Assembly (NCBI GenBank): GCA_028285105.1
Contig: JANQQE010000007.1
Span: 3,408 to 67,407 of the forward strand
Direction: 5' to 3'
Length of the DNA stretch: 64,000 nt
Origin: Alphaproteobacteria bacterium
Lineage (GTDB): Bacteria; Planctomycetota; Phycisphaerae; UBA1845
Within the stretch, counting starts at the first letter, position 1. The number at the start of each line of letters is the position of its first letter. Both the position numbers and the translations under genes were made by a program. The notes under the pieces are model-generated. The model saw only the letters and a list, made by a program, of their open reading frames with translations. It had not been told where the DNA came from and ran no database searches. This document shows, in pieces, positions 53,915-62,918 of this stretch.

Positions 53915-54577
53915 CTAGCGACGTGCTCTCGAGCGACCCGTCGCGAACATCAAGCCGAACATGCTGCCCAAGCTGATCATGCCCAGCGAACCACAACCGA
54001 TCGATCCATTGCTACCCGAATCGTCCAGCGTCGAACCGGCTGCGAACGTGGCTTGGACGTCAAGGTCGGCATCCAGCGTGACTACAATCGAATCGCTCGA
54101 AGCATCCTGATCGTCGGGCACATCGCCCGTCCACCCCGTGAACACGAAGCCTTCGTTGGCGAAGACCGTCAACGTCACTTCGGTGCCCGGGTCATACTCG
54201 AAGGCGACCGGATCGCGGATGATCGTGCCCGCGCCCGACGGATCGATGAAAGCGTTGAGCGTGTACAGTTCCGGGTCTTCAATAAAGACAGCCGTCAATT
54301 CAGTGTCGTCAGTCATCTCGATGGTGATCGAGCTTTCCTCAGCCGTTACGCTGCCTTCCCAACCGAAGAAGGTGAAGCCTTCAGCCGGCGTCGCAGTCAA
54401 GGTTACGAACTCGCCAGCGACAAACTCTGCGTCGTTTGGAAAGACGGCGACACTTCCGCCATTTTCCGGTTCGATGACGGTATCGAGCGAAAGCTGTGCT
54501 GACGCGGGAGCGGTCAGCGCGAACACGCCGGCGACGGCCAGCAACATTGCAAATGTCCCATTCTTCGTGCGTTTCAT
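53915..54577 (-). CDS. Secreted protein with two divergent InlB B-repeat-type domains and a Cys-Gly/TM/Arg-rich C-terminal tail
   Basis: ORF 53915..54616 trimmed to ATG 54577 (MKRTKNGTFAMLLAVAGVFALTAPASA). The repeats are GEFVTLTATPAEGFTFFGWEGSV and GTEVTLTVFANEGFVFTGWTGDV. The tail reads IGCGSLGMISLGSMFGLMFATGRSRARR. Confidence 0.75.
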   Translation of the reverse strand: MKRTKNGTFAMLLAVAGVFALTAPASAQLSLDTVIEPENGGSVAVFPNDAEFVAGEFVTLTATPAEGFTFFGWEGSVTAEESSITIEMTDDTELTAVFIEDPELYTLNAFIDPSGAGTIIRDPVAFEYDPGTEVTLTVFANEGFVFTGWTGDVPDDQDASSDSIVVTLDADLDVQATFAAGSTLDDSGSNGSIGCGSLGMISLGSMFGLMFATGRSRARR

Positions 54578-54844
54578 CGTTGGTCCCCTGTCATTTTGTG
54601 GGCGGTCAAAGTTCATCCTGCGTCGCGGTGCAGCGAATCCTCATGCATCGGCTTGAAGCAACTGACCGGACAGGGCAAAGCTAAGATACGAATCGGGGGA
54701 CGCCGAACTGAAATCTCGAAGATCGCGTGGGCATGAAGGCGTGCGGCGAAGGTGAACGAACGGCGATTTATGACCCGTTCAAATGGTAACCGGTCGGGCG
54801 TTTGAGCATCGGTATGGCCTTGTCGGGCCTTCAATCAGGTGCGC

Positions 54845-54882
54845 ATAAAGAAAGGAGGGCCACCCGTGTTGGGCAGCCCTCC
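54845..54882 (-). terminator. Candidate intrinsic terminator of the 898-aa gene
   Basis: A perfect 8-bp stem, AGGAGGGC (54853-54860) with GCCCTCCT (54875-54882), is followed on the minus strand by TTCTTTAT. It lies about 35 nt after the stop at 54916. Confidence 0.55.
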
Positions 54883-54915
54883 TGTTCAATCATACTGAAT
54901 CAAGCTGAACGAAAC

Positions 54916-57612
54916 TTAGTTCAGGTTGATATTGGCAGCCGTGCAGGCCGCATCGCTGTCGAAGTAACCCATCAACTGCAATTCATTCTCGGTCACGTCG
55001 TCATCCGCCGTCGCCGAGGTGAAGAGGTAGACGGCCATTCCGTCGTCAGCATTCGAGTTCAGAACAGCAAAGACAGCCACGTCGCCAACGGTTTCGTTCG
55101 ACAGGGCACCGATGGCCGCATCAACAGTCGCGAACACATCTGAGTTCACACCGTTACCGCCCATGTCCGCACCGACGTTGAAGAAGAACAGACCCGAGAC
55201 ATCAAGGTCGGCCGCACCAACGGCGGTGTTGTTGCCATCGTTGTCCGTCGAAAGTGCATTACGCAGATCGCCTGAGATCTGGCAGATGTCTTCACTGACG
55301 TCGAATTCGTTGCCAGCACCGACTTGGTCGGCATCAGTCAAATTCGAGGTGACCGATTCAGCCGTATCGTTGACGCTGGTGTATGCGATGATCTGGATCG
55401 AGTTGGCAGTTGTACCGCCAAGATCCATATTATCCGCACCAGCACCACCGATGATCGTGGCGTCGGTCGTGGCATTGTCATTGACTGCAAAGGTATCGTC
55501 GTTGGCGGTACCGATCAGGGTCGTGTCCTGAGTGACAGCCGAGACATCGACATTTGCATCGGCGTCACCGGTCATGCCCGAGGCGTCAACCGTTGCGAGT
55601 GCAGCCGAACCGGCCAACACATCGATCTGGCAATCTTCGTCACCCAGAATGTTGAGCGTGGCACAGGTATTCGCCGTCAGATCACCGGCATTGTTGGCTG
55701 CTTCGGTCGAAGTGAGGTTGATGGTTTCGACTTCCGGAACCACCAACTGCTCGGCCGCACCGAAGGTGCATGCGGTGTCATCTTCACCCAACTGAATGTT
55801 GACCACGTCGCTGTTTGAGCCAACGCTGCCAGCACCGTCGATGTTGAGCGTACAGAAGTCAACTGCACCGAAGATCGTGATCGGCGTGTTCTTGGCGACG
55901 TTGTCGGCTTGGGTGTCGTTGTTGCCCGTGAAGATCACGCGCCCCGGAGTCAGGTTGTCGAAATCGACGGTCACTGCACCAGCAATTTCGTATTCTTCCA
56001 TGCTGGTGAGATCCATGTCCTCAAGGGTGACCGCACTCATTGTTGCCAAGCGGTCGGTACCCGTTCCGCCATCGATTTCATCGTTGGCATCAAGCTGGGC
56101 ACCAGTGCGGATCGTATCGTTACCCGAACCGGTGGTGCAGGTCACGTCTTCGTTGTGATCGATGGTGAGGTCAAGGTCACCTGTGGCGGCTGAACCATCA
56201 ACCGTCATGGCGTTGTCCATGTCATTGATCGTGATGTCATCCGGACCACTGATGTTGATCGTGGCACCTTCGTCATCCGACTCGTCACCCGAGACGATGT
56301 CATCGATGATGTTCGTTCCGCCGCATCCGACGATGTTGATGGTCTCTGGACCTTCGTTACCCGTGGTCTCGTCCGAAATATTCAGCGTATCCAGGTCGGC
56401 ATCGTTCACCATGACGGTCATCGACTCGCCTGCACCGGTATCGAGCAGATCATCGGCAAAGGTCAGGTCAAACGTATCGTTACCATCACCACCGAGAATG
56501 TGGATTTCGACCAAGTTCTGCAACTCATCGAGATCGAGGTCGTCATCACCATTGTTGTACGCAACCGCCATCAAGCCGATGTAGTTGGCCGTGTCGATGT
56601 CAATGCCGTTGTTGAGGGCGCGAACGTAGAGTTCCTCGACGTTGTTCATGTCGATCGTCGGAACGCTGTTGTCCGTCACGATAAAGTTCGCACGATCCAT
56701 TCCACCCTGACCGTTGATGTCGTCACCGATCGAGATGGTGTTACCGTCGGCCGTACCGTCGCGGGTACCGGTGATGGTGTCATCGCCAGGACCACTCTCG
56801 ACCAAGTCGATCAGGTTCGTTAACACGACGTTGTTTGCGGGGTTGTTGTTTTCACATGCGTCGGTGTCTTCGTTGCAGGTTTCACCTTCAGCACACGGGT
56901 TGCCTGAGGATGCACACTCAAACGAGTTGGTGTTGCATGACTCAGTACCGTTGCAGAACAGACCGTCATCGGGGCAGTCGCCGTTGCTGTTACAATCGGG
57001 AACCACGATGTCAACGCAGACGTTGTCGATGCATTCCTGATTTTCCATGCAGTCGCCGTTGCTGTTGCAATCGACAACCGGTCCGTCGCACATGTCGGTC
57101 TCTTCGTTGCAAGTTTCACCTTCGTTGCAGGGATCGCCGCTCGAGCTGCAGAGGCCATTGCTGTCACAGGTTTCAACGCCCGTGCAGAACTCGCCGTCGT
57201 CGCAGCTTGCGTCGTCGGTGCAGCTTTCGACACACTCGTCGGCTTCTTCGTCACAGCTTTGACCTTCGGTACACGGATCGGTACCGGCTTCGCAGGTGTT
57301 TTCAGCGCTGCAGGTTTCGTCACCGTTGCAGAATGCAGAGTCATCGCAATCGGCAGCCGAGACACAGTCAACACACTCGCCGTCGTCTGGATTACAGACC
57401 TGGTCGGCACAATCGATTGAGGTGTTGGCACACTCAGCCACGCCGTCAACGTTCGTGCATGTATCAGTCGTGCACGCATCGCCGTCGTCGCATGGGCTTG
57501 GGTTACATGGGTCAACACAACCCGTCGCGAGCAGCATAGCGAACGCTGGCACGCAGTAGATAAGGGCGGATGCGATCCGCCTCTTGGTCCAATTTCTTGA
57601 AGTAGCTTGCAT
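54916..57612 (-). CDS. 898-aa surface lipoprotein: Cys-rich N-terminal stalk plus acidic RTX-like (GGxGxD-type) repeat region
   Basis: GGAGG lies 11 nt upstream. Lipobox AMLLATGC. Residues from about 32 to 265 carry about 50 Cys in repeats (DCDDGEFCTGVETCDSNGLCSSSGDPCNEGETCNEETDMC). The remainder has few Cys and is Asp/Thr/Asn/Gly-rich, with ILGGDGNDTF, TTGSGNDTI, IDGGTGTDRL, LIGTANDDTF and IIGGAGADNM. Confidence 0.8.
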   Translation of the reverse strand: MQATSRNWTKRRIASALIYCVPAFAMLLATGCVDPCNPSPCDDGDACTTDTCTNVDGVAECANTSIDCADQVCNPDDGECVDCVSAADCDDSAFCNGDETCSAENTCEAGTDPCTEGQSCDEEADECVESCTDDASCDDGEFCTGVETCDSNGLCSSSGDPCNEGETCNEETDMCDGPVVDCNSNGDCMENQECIDNVCVDIVVPDCNSNGDCPDDGLFCNGTESCNTNSFECASSGNPCAEGETCNEDTDACENNNPANNVVLTNLIDLVESGPGDDTITGTRDGTADGNTISIGDDINGQGGMDRANFIVTDNSVPTIDMNNVEELYVRALNNGIDIDTANYIGLMAVAYNNGDDDLDLDELQNLVEIHILGGDGNDTFDLTFADDLLDTGAGESMTVMVNDADLDTLNISDETTGNEGPETINIVGCGGTNIIDDIVSGDESDDEGATINISGPDDITINDMDNAMTVDGSAATGDLDLTIDHNEDVTCTTGSGNDTIRTGAQLDANDEIDGGTGTDRLATMSAVTLEDMDLTSMEEYEIAGAVTVDFDNLTPGRVIFTGNNDTQADNVAKNTPITIFGAVDFCTLNIDGAGSVGSNSDVVNIQLGEDDTACTFGAAEQLVVPEVETINLTSTEAANNAGDLTANTCATLNILGDEDCQIDVLAGSAALATVDASGMTGDADANVDVSAVTQDTTLIGTANDDTFAVNDNATTDATIIGGAGADNMDLGGTTANSIQIIAYTSVNDTAESVTSNLTDADQVGAGNEFDVSEDICQISGDLRNALSTDNDGNNTAVGAADLDVSGLFFFNVGADMGGNGVNSDVFATVDAAIGALSNETVGDVAVFAVLNSNADDGMAVYLFTSATADDDVTENELQLMGYFDSDAACTAANINLN

Positions 57613-58681
57613 CAGTCAGAAACCTCCAGCAAAAGAGTTATTTGTTTTTGATCCTTGTGTACCCTGGTACGCGGATTCTGTTCTCAATTAAACGTTTCAG
57701 TCATTTACGCACCAGCCACAAGGCAGGCGCGACTTGTCTCGCCTTTTTGTCTCCCCATCAATCAGATTCAGCCGGAACCGCTGGAACAATTGCCTGCGAG
57801 GATTAGCATCTCGCAAACCCATGTCCGTACGACATCCTGTGTTCGATTGATTTCAGCAAATCTGTTTTGACCCATCTGATTGTTTAGATCCAGCACGCTT
57901 ATCTAAAACTCGCCGAAAACCGCGACCACGCGCCAACGGAACCAACGGCTTGTGCGAGTCCGATGCAACTAGCGTTTGCTGCACATTTGGGGGATGCTTA
58001 AACGCTTACGACAAACTTCTAATACATCTGCCATCGACATTTAACGGAATACCAGCTTAACAATTCATACCGAATTCAGCTAAATCTTGATGACAAAAGC
58101 CGTAAACGCCCATGCCTCCTTGCAATTCAAAGCGACAATGCACGGGAGTGATCGGCCCGTACAATACCGCTATTTGCGTCCAACGCGGGCGAATTGTAGG
58201 TATTGGCGAATTCAAGTCAACACCCAAATTCCAAATTACCTCAGTAACAGTGCGATGCCCTGGCATCTACCGGTACCGGGAAAAAAGCACAAAATATTAT
58301 GCCCGTATCGACCCGTTCCATCAGCCATCTTGAATAATTCACCCGTTGCAGCCACCCTGAAATCAAACCATTGGGCGACATTAGCTGCATTGCGCCCAGC
58401 TATTCAAGCGTTTCTGACCCCTGTCGTTCTGGTTTTCACAGCCACCGGCGATGGCGACGATATCACCGCCATGCGACCCAAATCTCCAATCCCAATACTG
58501 GCAGGCACTTTACCCAAACAACCAAGCTTTCCTGTTTGTAACCCGTTCGCATCAAGCGGCTATTACCCAAGGGTCGTTCTTCTTCGAGCCCGACAACGAG
58601 AATTGAACATCATTCGCAGCGTAAGCATCGCCGATGCCGGGACCTGTTCATAACGTCCGCATTGGTCGCCACGCAGCGTCG

Positions 58682-59950
58682 TCATTCAGACGTGGCTGTT
58701 GCCTTGGTCCGGCGTTGGACTGAGCGGGCCATTTCCATGCGCCTGGCGACATCGTCGAGGATATTCATAAATACGATATAGGCGTGATACGGTCCATCGA
58801 GGTGCGGAATCAAATGCTTCGATCGTTCGGCTGCCCGGTCCAGCATGCTCATCGCCAGCAGGTACTCAGCCCCCTGCAAGCATTGCCAATCGTTCAGCAG
58901 GCGATCATCGTCCGACGCAGCGGCTTGCGACTCCATTGCGTACAACTGATGGGCGGCGTGCGATTGCATCGACCCACCTAACCATGGGGAAAGCGTACCA
59001 CCCCATTCGGAGGGCGAAACGTGCCGCCCCAGATGCAACTCGCCAGCCACCGGATTTTCCTTAAGCGCCTGCGATGCCGTCCTAAATTCCCCACCCTGTT
59101 CGATGACCTGATCGGGCAAATGACGCAGAAATTCAAAAATGCCACTGTCTGTCACAAACCGTCGCCCAAACACTTCGTAGTCGAGAAACAATCCAACCAA
59201 TCCGTTTCCGCTTTGTTTGACTAGACGCTTAGCAAACTGTGGCGCGACCAATGGCGACTTCCCTTCGACGCCACCGGAGAAGTAATCCGATACGTCGGTA
59301 CTCAACTCAGGGTCGCGCATCAACACCGGTATTTCCGAATGACCGCACGCATAAGGACGATGCCAACTCCTGCCAGCCAATGCCTCATGTGGCGCGTCGC
59401 AAAGCAATCCGTCGCAGCCAAGATGCGCAACAGTGTTGGCGACCTGCTCGCTGCAAATCAATTCTGTATTGCGAAACACGCGCGGTTCCTGATCGAACAA
59501 CTCAACCACCCGATCGCGATGGCGCGTCGCTTCTGTGGTAAAAGCCTGCAACGAATACGCGAATGCGAGGCCTTGATGGTATGGCGTGCCGAGCAATTCC
59601 ACATTGCCGGTTCGGACCAATTGTTGAAACGAGTCGATGGCCTCGGGTGCGTGCTTTTCGAACAGGTCCAGCGCGATCCCGGAAATGCTGATCGACACCT
59701 TAAAACGCCCTTCGTGTCGCTGAATTGCCAGATGAAGGATTCGGTTGGTTGGCAACACGCATTCCTGCACATATCGCGTACAGAGATCGCGTGTCCGGTA
59801 GGCGTCGAAGTAGTCGGCCTGCTGATCGAGACAGCGATATCGGCCTGGAATTCTAGGGATATGGACGTGAAGGGCGAGTACGATTTCGCCCTGTTGGCCC
59901 GCTGAATCCGATTTGGACCTATCGGAACTGGTGTCTTCGGAATCAGACAC
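58682..59950 (-). CDS. Glycoside hydrolase family 57 protein (alpha-glucan-active)
   Basis: LALHVHIPRIP (compare GH57 LHAHLPYV) and ...SISGIALDLFEKHAPEAIDSFQQLVRTGNVELLGTPYHQGLAF match the GH57 N-terminal (beta/alpha)7 pattern. Confidence 0.75.
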   Translation of the reverse strand: MSDSEDTSSDRSKSDSAGQQGEIVLALHVHIPRIPGRYRCLDQQADYFDAYRTRDLCTRYVQECVLPTNRILHLAIQRHEGRFKVSISISGIALDLFEKHAPEAIDSFQQLVRTGNVELLGTPYHQGLAFAYSLQAFTTEATRHRDRVVELFDQEPRVFRNTELICSEQVANTVAHLGCDGLLCDAPHEALAGRSWHRPYACGHSEIPVLMRDPELSTDVSDYFSGGVEGKSPLVAPQFAKRLVKQSGNGLVGLFLDYEVFGRRFVTDSGIFEFLRHLPDQVIEQGGEFRTASQALKENPVAGELHLGRHVSPSEWGGTLSPWLGGSMQSHAAHQLYAMESQAAASDDDRLLNDWQCLQGAEYLLAMSMLDRAAERSKHLIPHLDGPYHAYIVFMNILDDVARRMEMARSVQRRTKATATSE

Positions 59951-61469
59951 GTTTCGCCGTTCGCTTTCTATTGCTGCCGTCCCAATTGGTCAGGCCTTCG
60001 TACACATCGATGACGCTTTGGGCAGCGTTCGACCAACTTAGGCTGCGCACCTCGAATCCACCGTGTTTTCGTAGGGCGGCTTGTAGCGGTGGATGGCGCA
60101 GGACCGCCAATATCTTGTCGGCCATATCGTCGATGTCCCAGAAGTCGGTCTTGAGCACGTGTCGCATGACTTCTGACACGCCCGATTGACGCGACACCAG
60201 TACGGGCACGTCGAAACTTGCGGCTTCCAACGCTGCAATACCGAACGGATCGGACACGCTGGGCATCACGTAAAGGTCTGCCGACCGAAACGCCCGTTCG
60301 ACTTCATCGCCTCGCAGGAAGCCTGGGAAGATCACGCGATCGGCGATACCGAGTTGTTCGGCCAGCGCCATCGTTGGTTCGAGCAGTTCACCGCTACCGG
60401 CCATCATGAAGCGCACATTGCCCATGACTTCGAGAACTTTTCGGGCTGCGGCTAAAAAGTATTCCGGTCCCTTTTGCAGCGTCATGCGTCCCATGAACAG
60501 GACGATCTTTTCGTCTTTAACGATGTTGGCTGGTTTAGTCTGTTGGGATTCGGCGCAATCGACGCCGTTGTAGACGACGGTGATCTTCGACGCATCGATT
60601 TCATAGCGACGAATCAAAACGTCCTTGGCCATGTGGCTGACCGCGATGATCGCGTCGGCCCGTTGGAGTGCGTTTTTTTCGATGTCGAAAATGCCATGAT
60701 CGATCTGGTGGGCAGTGCGTTCGTATTCAGTCGAATGGACGTGAGCGATAAATGGTTTGCCCGATGCTTCCGCGATCGCTGCCCCGGCTTGGAATGTCAT
60801 CCAATCGTGGGCGTGAACGCATGCAAACTCCCGACCAGCCGCCGCTTGAATCGCCTGATGCGTGTAGCAATCGACTTCGGTGAATAGACTTTCGCGATGT
60901 TCCTCAGCCGTCGGTTCCGGCGCGACATGCGACCCCGCCACACCCTTGCCCGCAGCGACATGACTCTCCGCCACTCCGCCATCACCCGATTCGCCGGGTC
61001 GCTGATACGGCTGCAATCCGACGTTGATGCGAATGAACTCAAGATGCGGTTGATCGGCAAACGCGCTAAAGGGCGACGGCTCAACACGATGCGCCGCCTG
61101 ACCGCGCACGGATGCCGCTTCCCAACTGTCAGCCAACCGATGCCGCTCAGCACCGTACTTCTTACTCACCATCGATTCGGGCTTGCCAGCCAATGCAACG
61201 GCATGAACACCCTCTGGCACGGAGTCATCGGTCTCACCCGGTGCCGACATGATAAAGTCGATTCCGACACCCATCTGCGAAAGCGCCCGACAAAGTCCCT
61301 GACATGCCGTCCCCACCCCGCCCGAAAGATATGCCGGAAACGCCCACCCGAGCATTAATACACGCCCAACGTCTGGCGAACCACCACCGGACGCATCGCG
61401 CGATTCGCCCACGCCAGGTTTTGATTTCGTCGAACCGGATGATTTGCGCACGGACTTCATGGGCGACAT
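59943..61469 (-). CDS. Glycogen-synthase-like glycosyltransferase (GT-B, group 1) with an internal insertion
   Basis: The N-terminus SGGVGTACQGLCRALSQMG is a starch-synthase catalytic-domain-like motif. The C-terminal GT1 region reads FMGRMTLQKGPEYF...DLYVMPSVSDPFGIAALEAASFDVPVLVS. It overlaps the GH57 gene by 8 nt. Confidence 0.8.
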   Translation of the reverse strand: MSPMKSVRKSSGSTKSKPGVGESRDASGGGSPDVGRVLMLGWAFPAYLSGGVGTACQGLCRALSQMGVGIDFIMSAPGETDDSVPEGVHAVALAGKPESMVSKKYGAERHRLADSWEAASVRGQAAHRVEPSPFSAFADQPHLEFIRINVGLQPYQRPGESGDGGVAESHVAAGKGVAGSHVAPEPTAEEHRESLFTEVDCYTHQAIQAAAGREFACVHAHDWMTFQAGAAIAEASGKPFIAHVHSTEYERTAHQIDHGIFDIEKNALQRADAIIAVSHMAKDVLIRRYEIDASKITVVYNGVDCAESQQTKPANIVKDEKIVLFMGRMTLQKGPEYFLAAARKVLEVMGNVRFMMAGSGELLEPTMALAEQLGIADRVIFPGFLRGDEVERAFRSADLYVMPSVSDPFGIAALEAASFDVPVLVSRQSGVSEVMRHVLKTDFWDIDDMADKILAVLRHPPLQAALRKHGGFEVRSLSWSNAAQSVIDVYEGLTNWDGSNRKRTAKRV

Positions 61470-61586
61470 GCCAGAAGCGCGAAACCGCGCAGTGAGAGGT
61501 TATAAAATTACCTGTGACCAGACCGGAATTGAGTATAGCGCGGGGCCCATGCGTGTCAATTGGCACAGTTTCGGACGGGCATCAGG

Positions 61587-62213
61587 TTAACATCGCTTGC
61601 TCGCGAGTTCTTCAGCCAACTCGACGACGATCTTGCCGCTTTGCGTTTTGTCGAGTGTGACAGGTTCGCGCCATGGTTGGCCTTCGACTTTGATTTCGGT
61701 GGTGGATGCGGCGCTCTGCATGGCCTCGATGCGGTTCATTACGATGGCGTTGCAACGCTTTGCCTGCATCTTTTCTTCAGCTTTCGCGTGAGCGTCCACG
61801 TCCTGCAATGCGAACCCAATGACGACACGATCGCCCTTCTCTTTGCCGAGTGCGGCACATATGTCAGGCGTGGGTTCGAGTTCGATGTTTAGTTCGCTTT
61901 CGCTCTTGGGCGGTTTGCTGGCGTGGCGGACTTTCGGTCGCCAGTCGGTGACAGCCGCTGCCATGATCGCGGCATCGCAATCGGAAAAGCGGGTGGTGGC
62001 TTCGCGATACATCTGCTGAGCCGACGTCACGCGAACAAGGTCAACTTGCGGTGGCGTGATCTGCGTAGGACCGGTGATGAGAATTACTTCATGGCCGCGT
62101 TGCGCAGCTGCGGCTGCGATGGCGTAACCCATTTGGCCAGTGGACCCGTTGCTGATAAACCGCACGGGGTCGAAGTGTTCGCGGGTGGGACCAGCCGTAA
62201 TGAGGATTCGCAA
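61587..62213 (-). CDS. coaB: Phosphopantothenate-cysteine ligase (CoaB), stand-alone
   Basis: The TTG start at 62213 has a GGAG 7 nt upstream. (M)RILITAGPTREHFDPVRFISNGSTGQMGYAIAAAAAQRGHEVILITGP is the canonical CoaB N-terminus. Confidence 0.85.
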   Translation of the reverse strand: MRILITAGPTREHFDPVRFISNGSTGQMGYAIAAAAAQRGHEVILITGPTQITPPQVDLVRVTSAQQMYREATTRFSDCDAAIMAAAVTDWRPKVRHASKPPKSESELNIELEPTPDICAALGKEKGDRVVIGFALQDVDAHAKAEEKMQAKRCNAIVMNRIEAMQSAASTTEIKVEGQPWREPVTLDKTQSGKIVVELAEELASKRC

Positions 62214-62264
62214 TCGTTCGCTCCGACTGCAATGTCAAAGATGCAGTTGCACAACCAAATGACT

Positions 62265-62918
62265 TTACCCGGCGTTTGACTTGGACTTCTTGGGCAAGAG
62301 TTCGACGATTGAATCGACAATGGTCGTCGGCTCTTCCAAGCGACCTTTACCAACCGTACGACAGGCAAGCCAACCTTCGCCCGGACCAATCATGTGGTAT
62401 CCAAACTCCTTCACGCGGGCGACGTTCGCCGCGACGGCTGGGTTTTTCCACATGCGATCGTTCATCGCAGGCGCCATGAGCACCGGACAATCCACCGACG
62501 TCAGTAGCGTCGAGAGCAAATCGTCGGCCAACCCGTTCGCAGCTTTGGCGATGATGTTTGCAGTCGCCGGCGCGATGACGAAAAGGTCGGCTGCCTCGGT
62601 CAGTTTGATGTGCTGGGAGTCGAATGCGTACTGCGGTTTCCAGAGGCTGGTAAGAACCTTGCGGCCGGTAAGCGCTTCGAACGTCAGCGGGCGGACGAAC
62701 TTCGTCGCCGACTTGGTCATTACGCAGGTGACACCCGCGCCGCGCTGCACCAGATCGGACACGACCGAACAAACTTTGTAAACGGCAATGCCGCCGCAAA
62801 TGCCGACGACGATTTCAAAACCGTTCAGGTCTTGCGGTTTGATCGGTGCAGCCTCATCAGGGGGTAAGGCCGGCGACGGGTTTTGGCTATGCGCCGCCAT
62901 CCTCGTCCTCGACATCAT
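62265..62918 (-). CDS. coaC: Phosphopantothenoylcysteine decarboxylase flavoprotein (CoaC), stand-alone
   Basis: VGICGGIAVYKVCSVVSDLVQRGAGV...FVIAPATANIIAKAANGLADDLLST...LMAPAMNDRMW...ACRTVGKGRLEEP is the canonical CoaC half of Dfp. The start may be the downstream ATG at 62900. Confidence 0.85.
   Translation of the reverse strand: MMSRTRMAAHSQNPSPALPPDEAAPIKPQDLNGFEIVVGICGGIAVYKVCSVVSDLVQRGAGVTCVMTKSATKFVRPLTFEALTGRKVLTSLWKPQYAFDSQHIKLTEAADLFVIAPATANIIAKAANGLADDLLSTLLTSVDCPVLMAPAMNDRMWKNPAVAANVARVKEFGYHMIGPGEGWLACRTVGKGRLEEPTTIVDSIVELLPKKSKSNAG

Noticed and set aside
53543-54502. 319-aa plus-strand ORF
   Set aside because: Its 5' part is translation of the palindromic repeat units (SRARGSPG...IPACAGMT), and the rest is antisense to the InlB-B-repeat gene.
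54916-56820. Possibility that the acidic repeat region is a nucleotide tandem-repeat or CRISPR-like array
   Set aside because: The repeats are degenerate at DNA level, lie in one continuous ORF, and have no spacer-repeat periodicity.
58087-58653. 188-aa plus-strand ORF in the long intergenic region
   Set aside because: It has no SD-like site, no recognisable motif, and odd composition. I kept it only as part of the note on the non-coding region.
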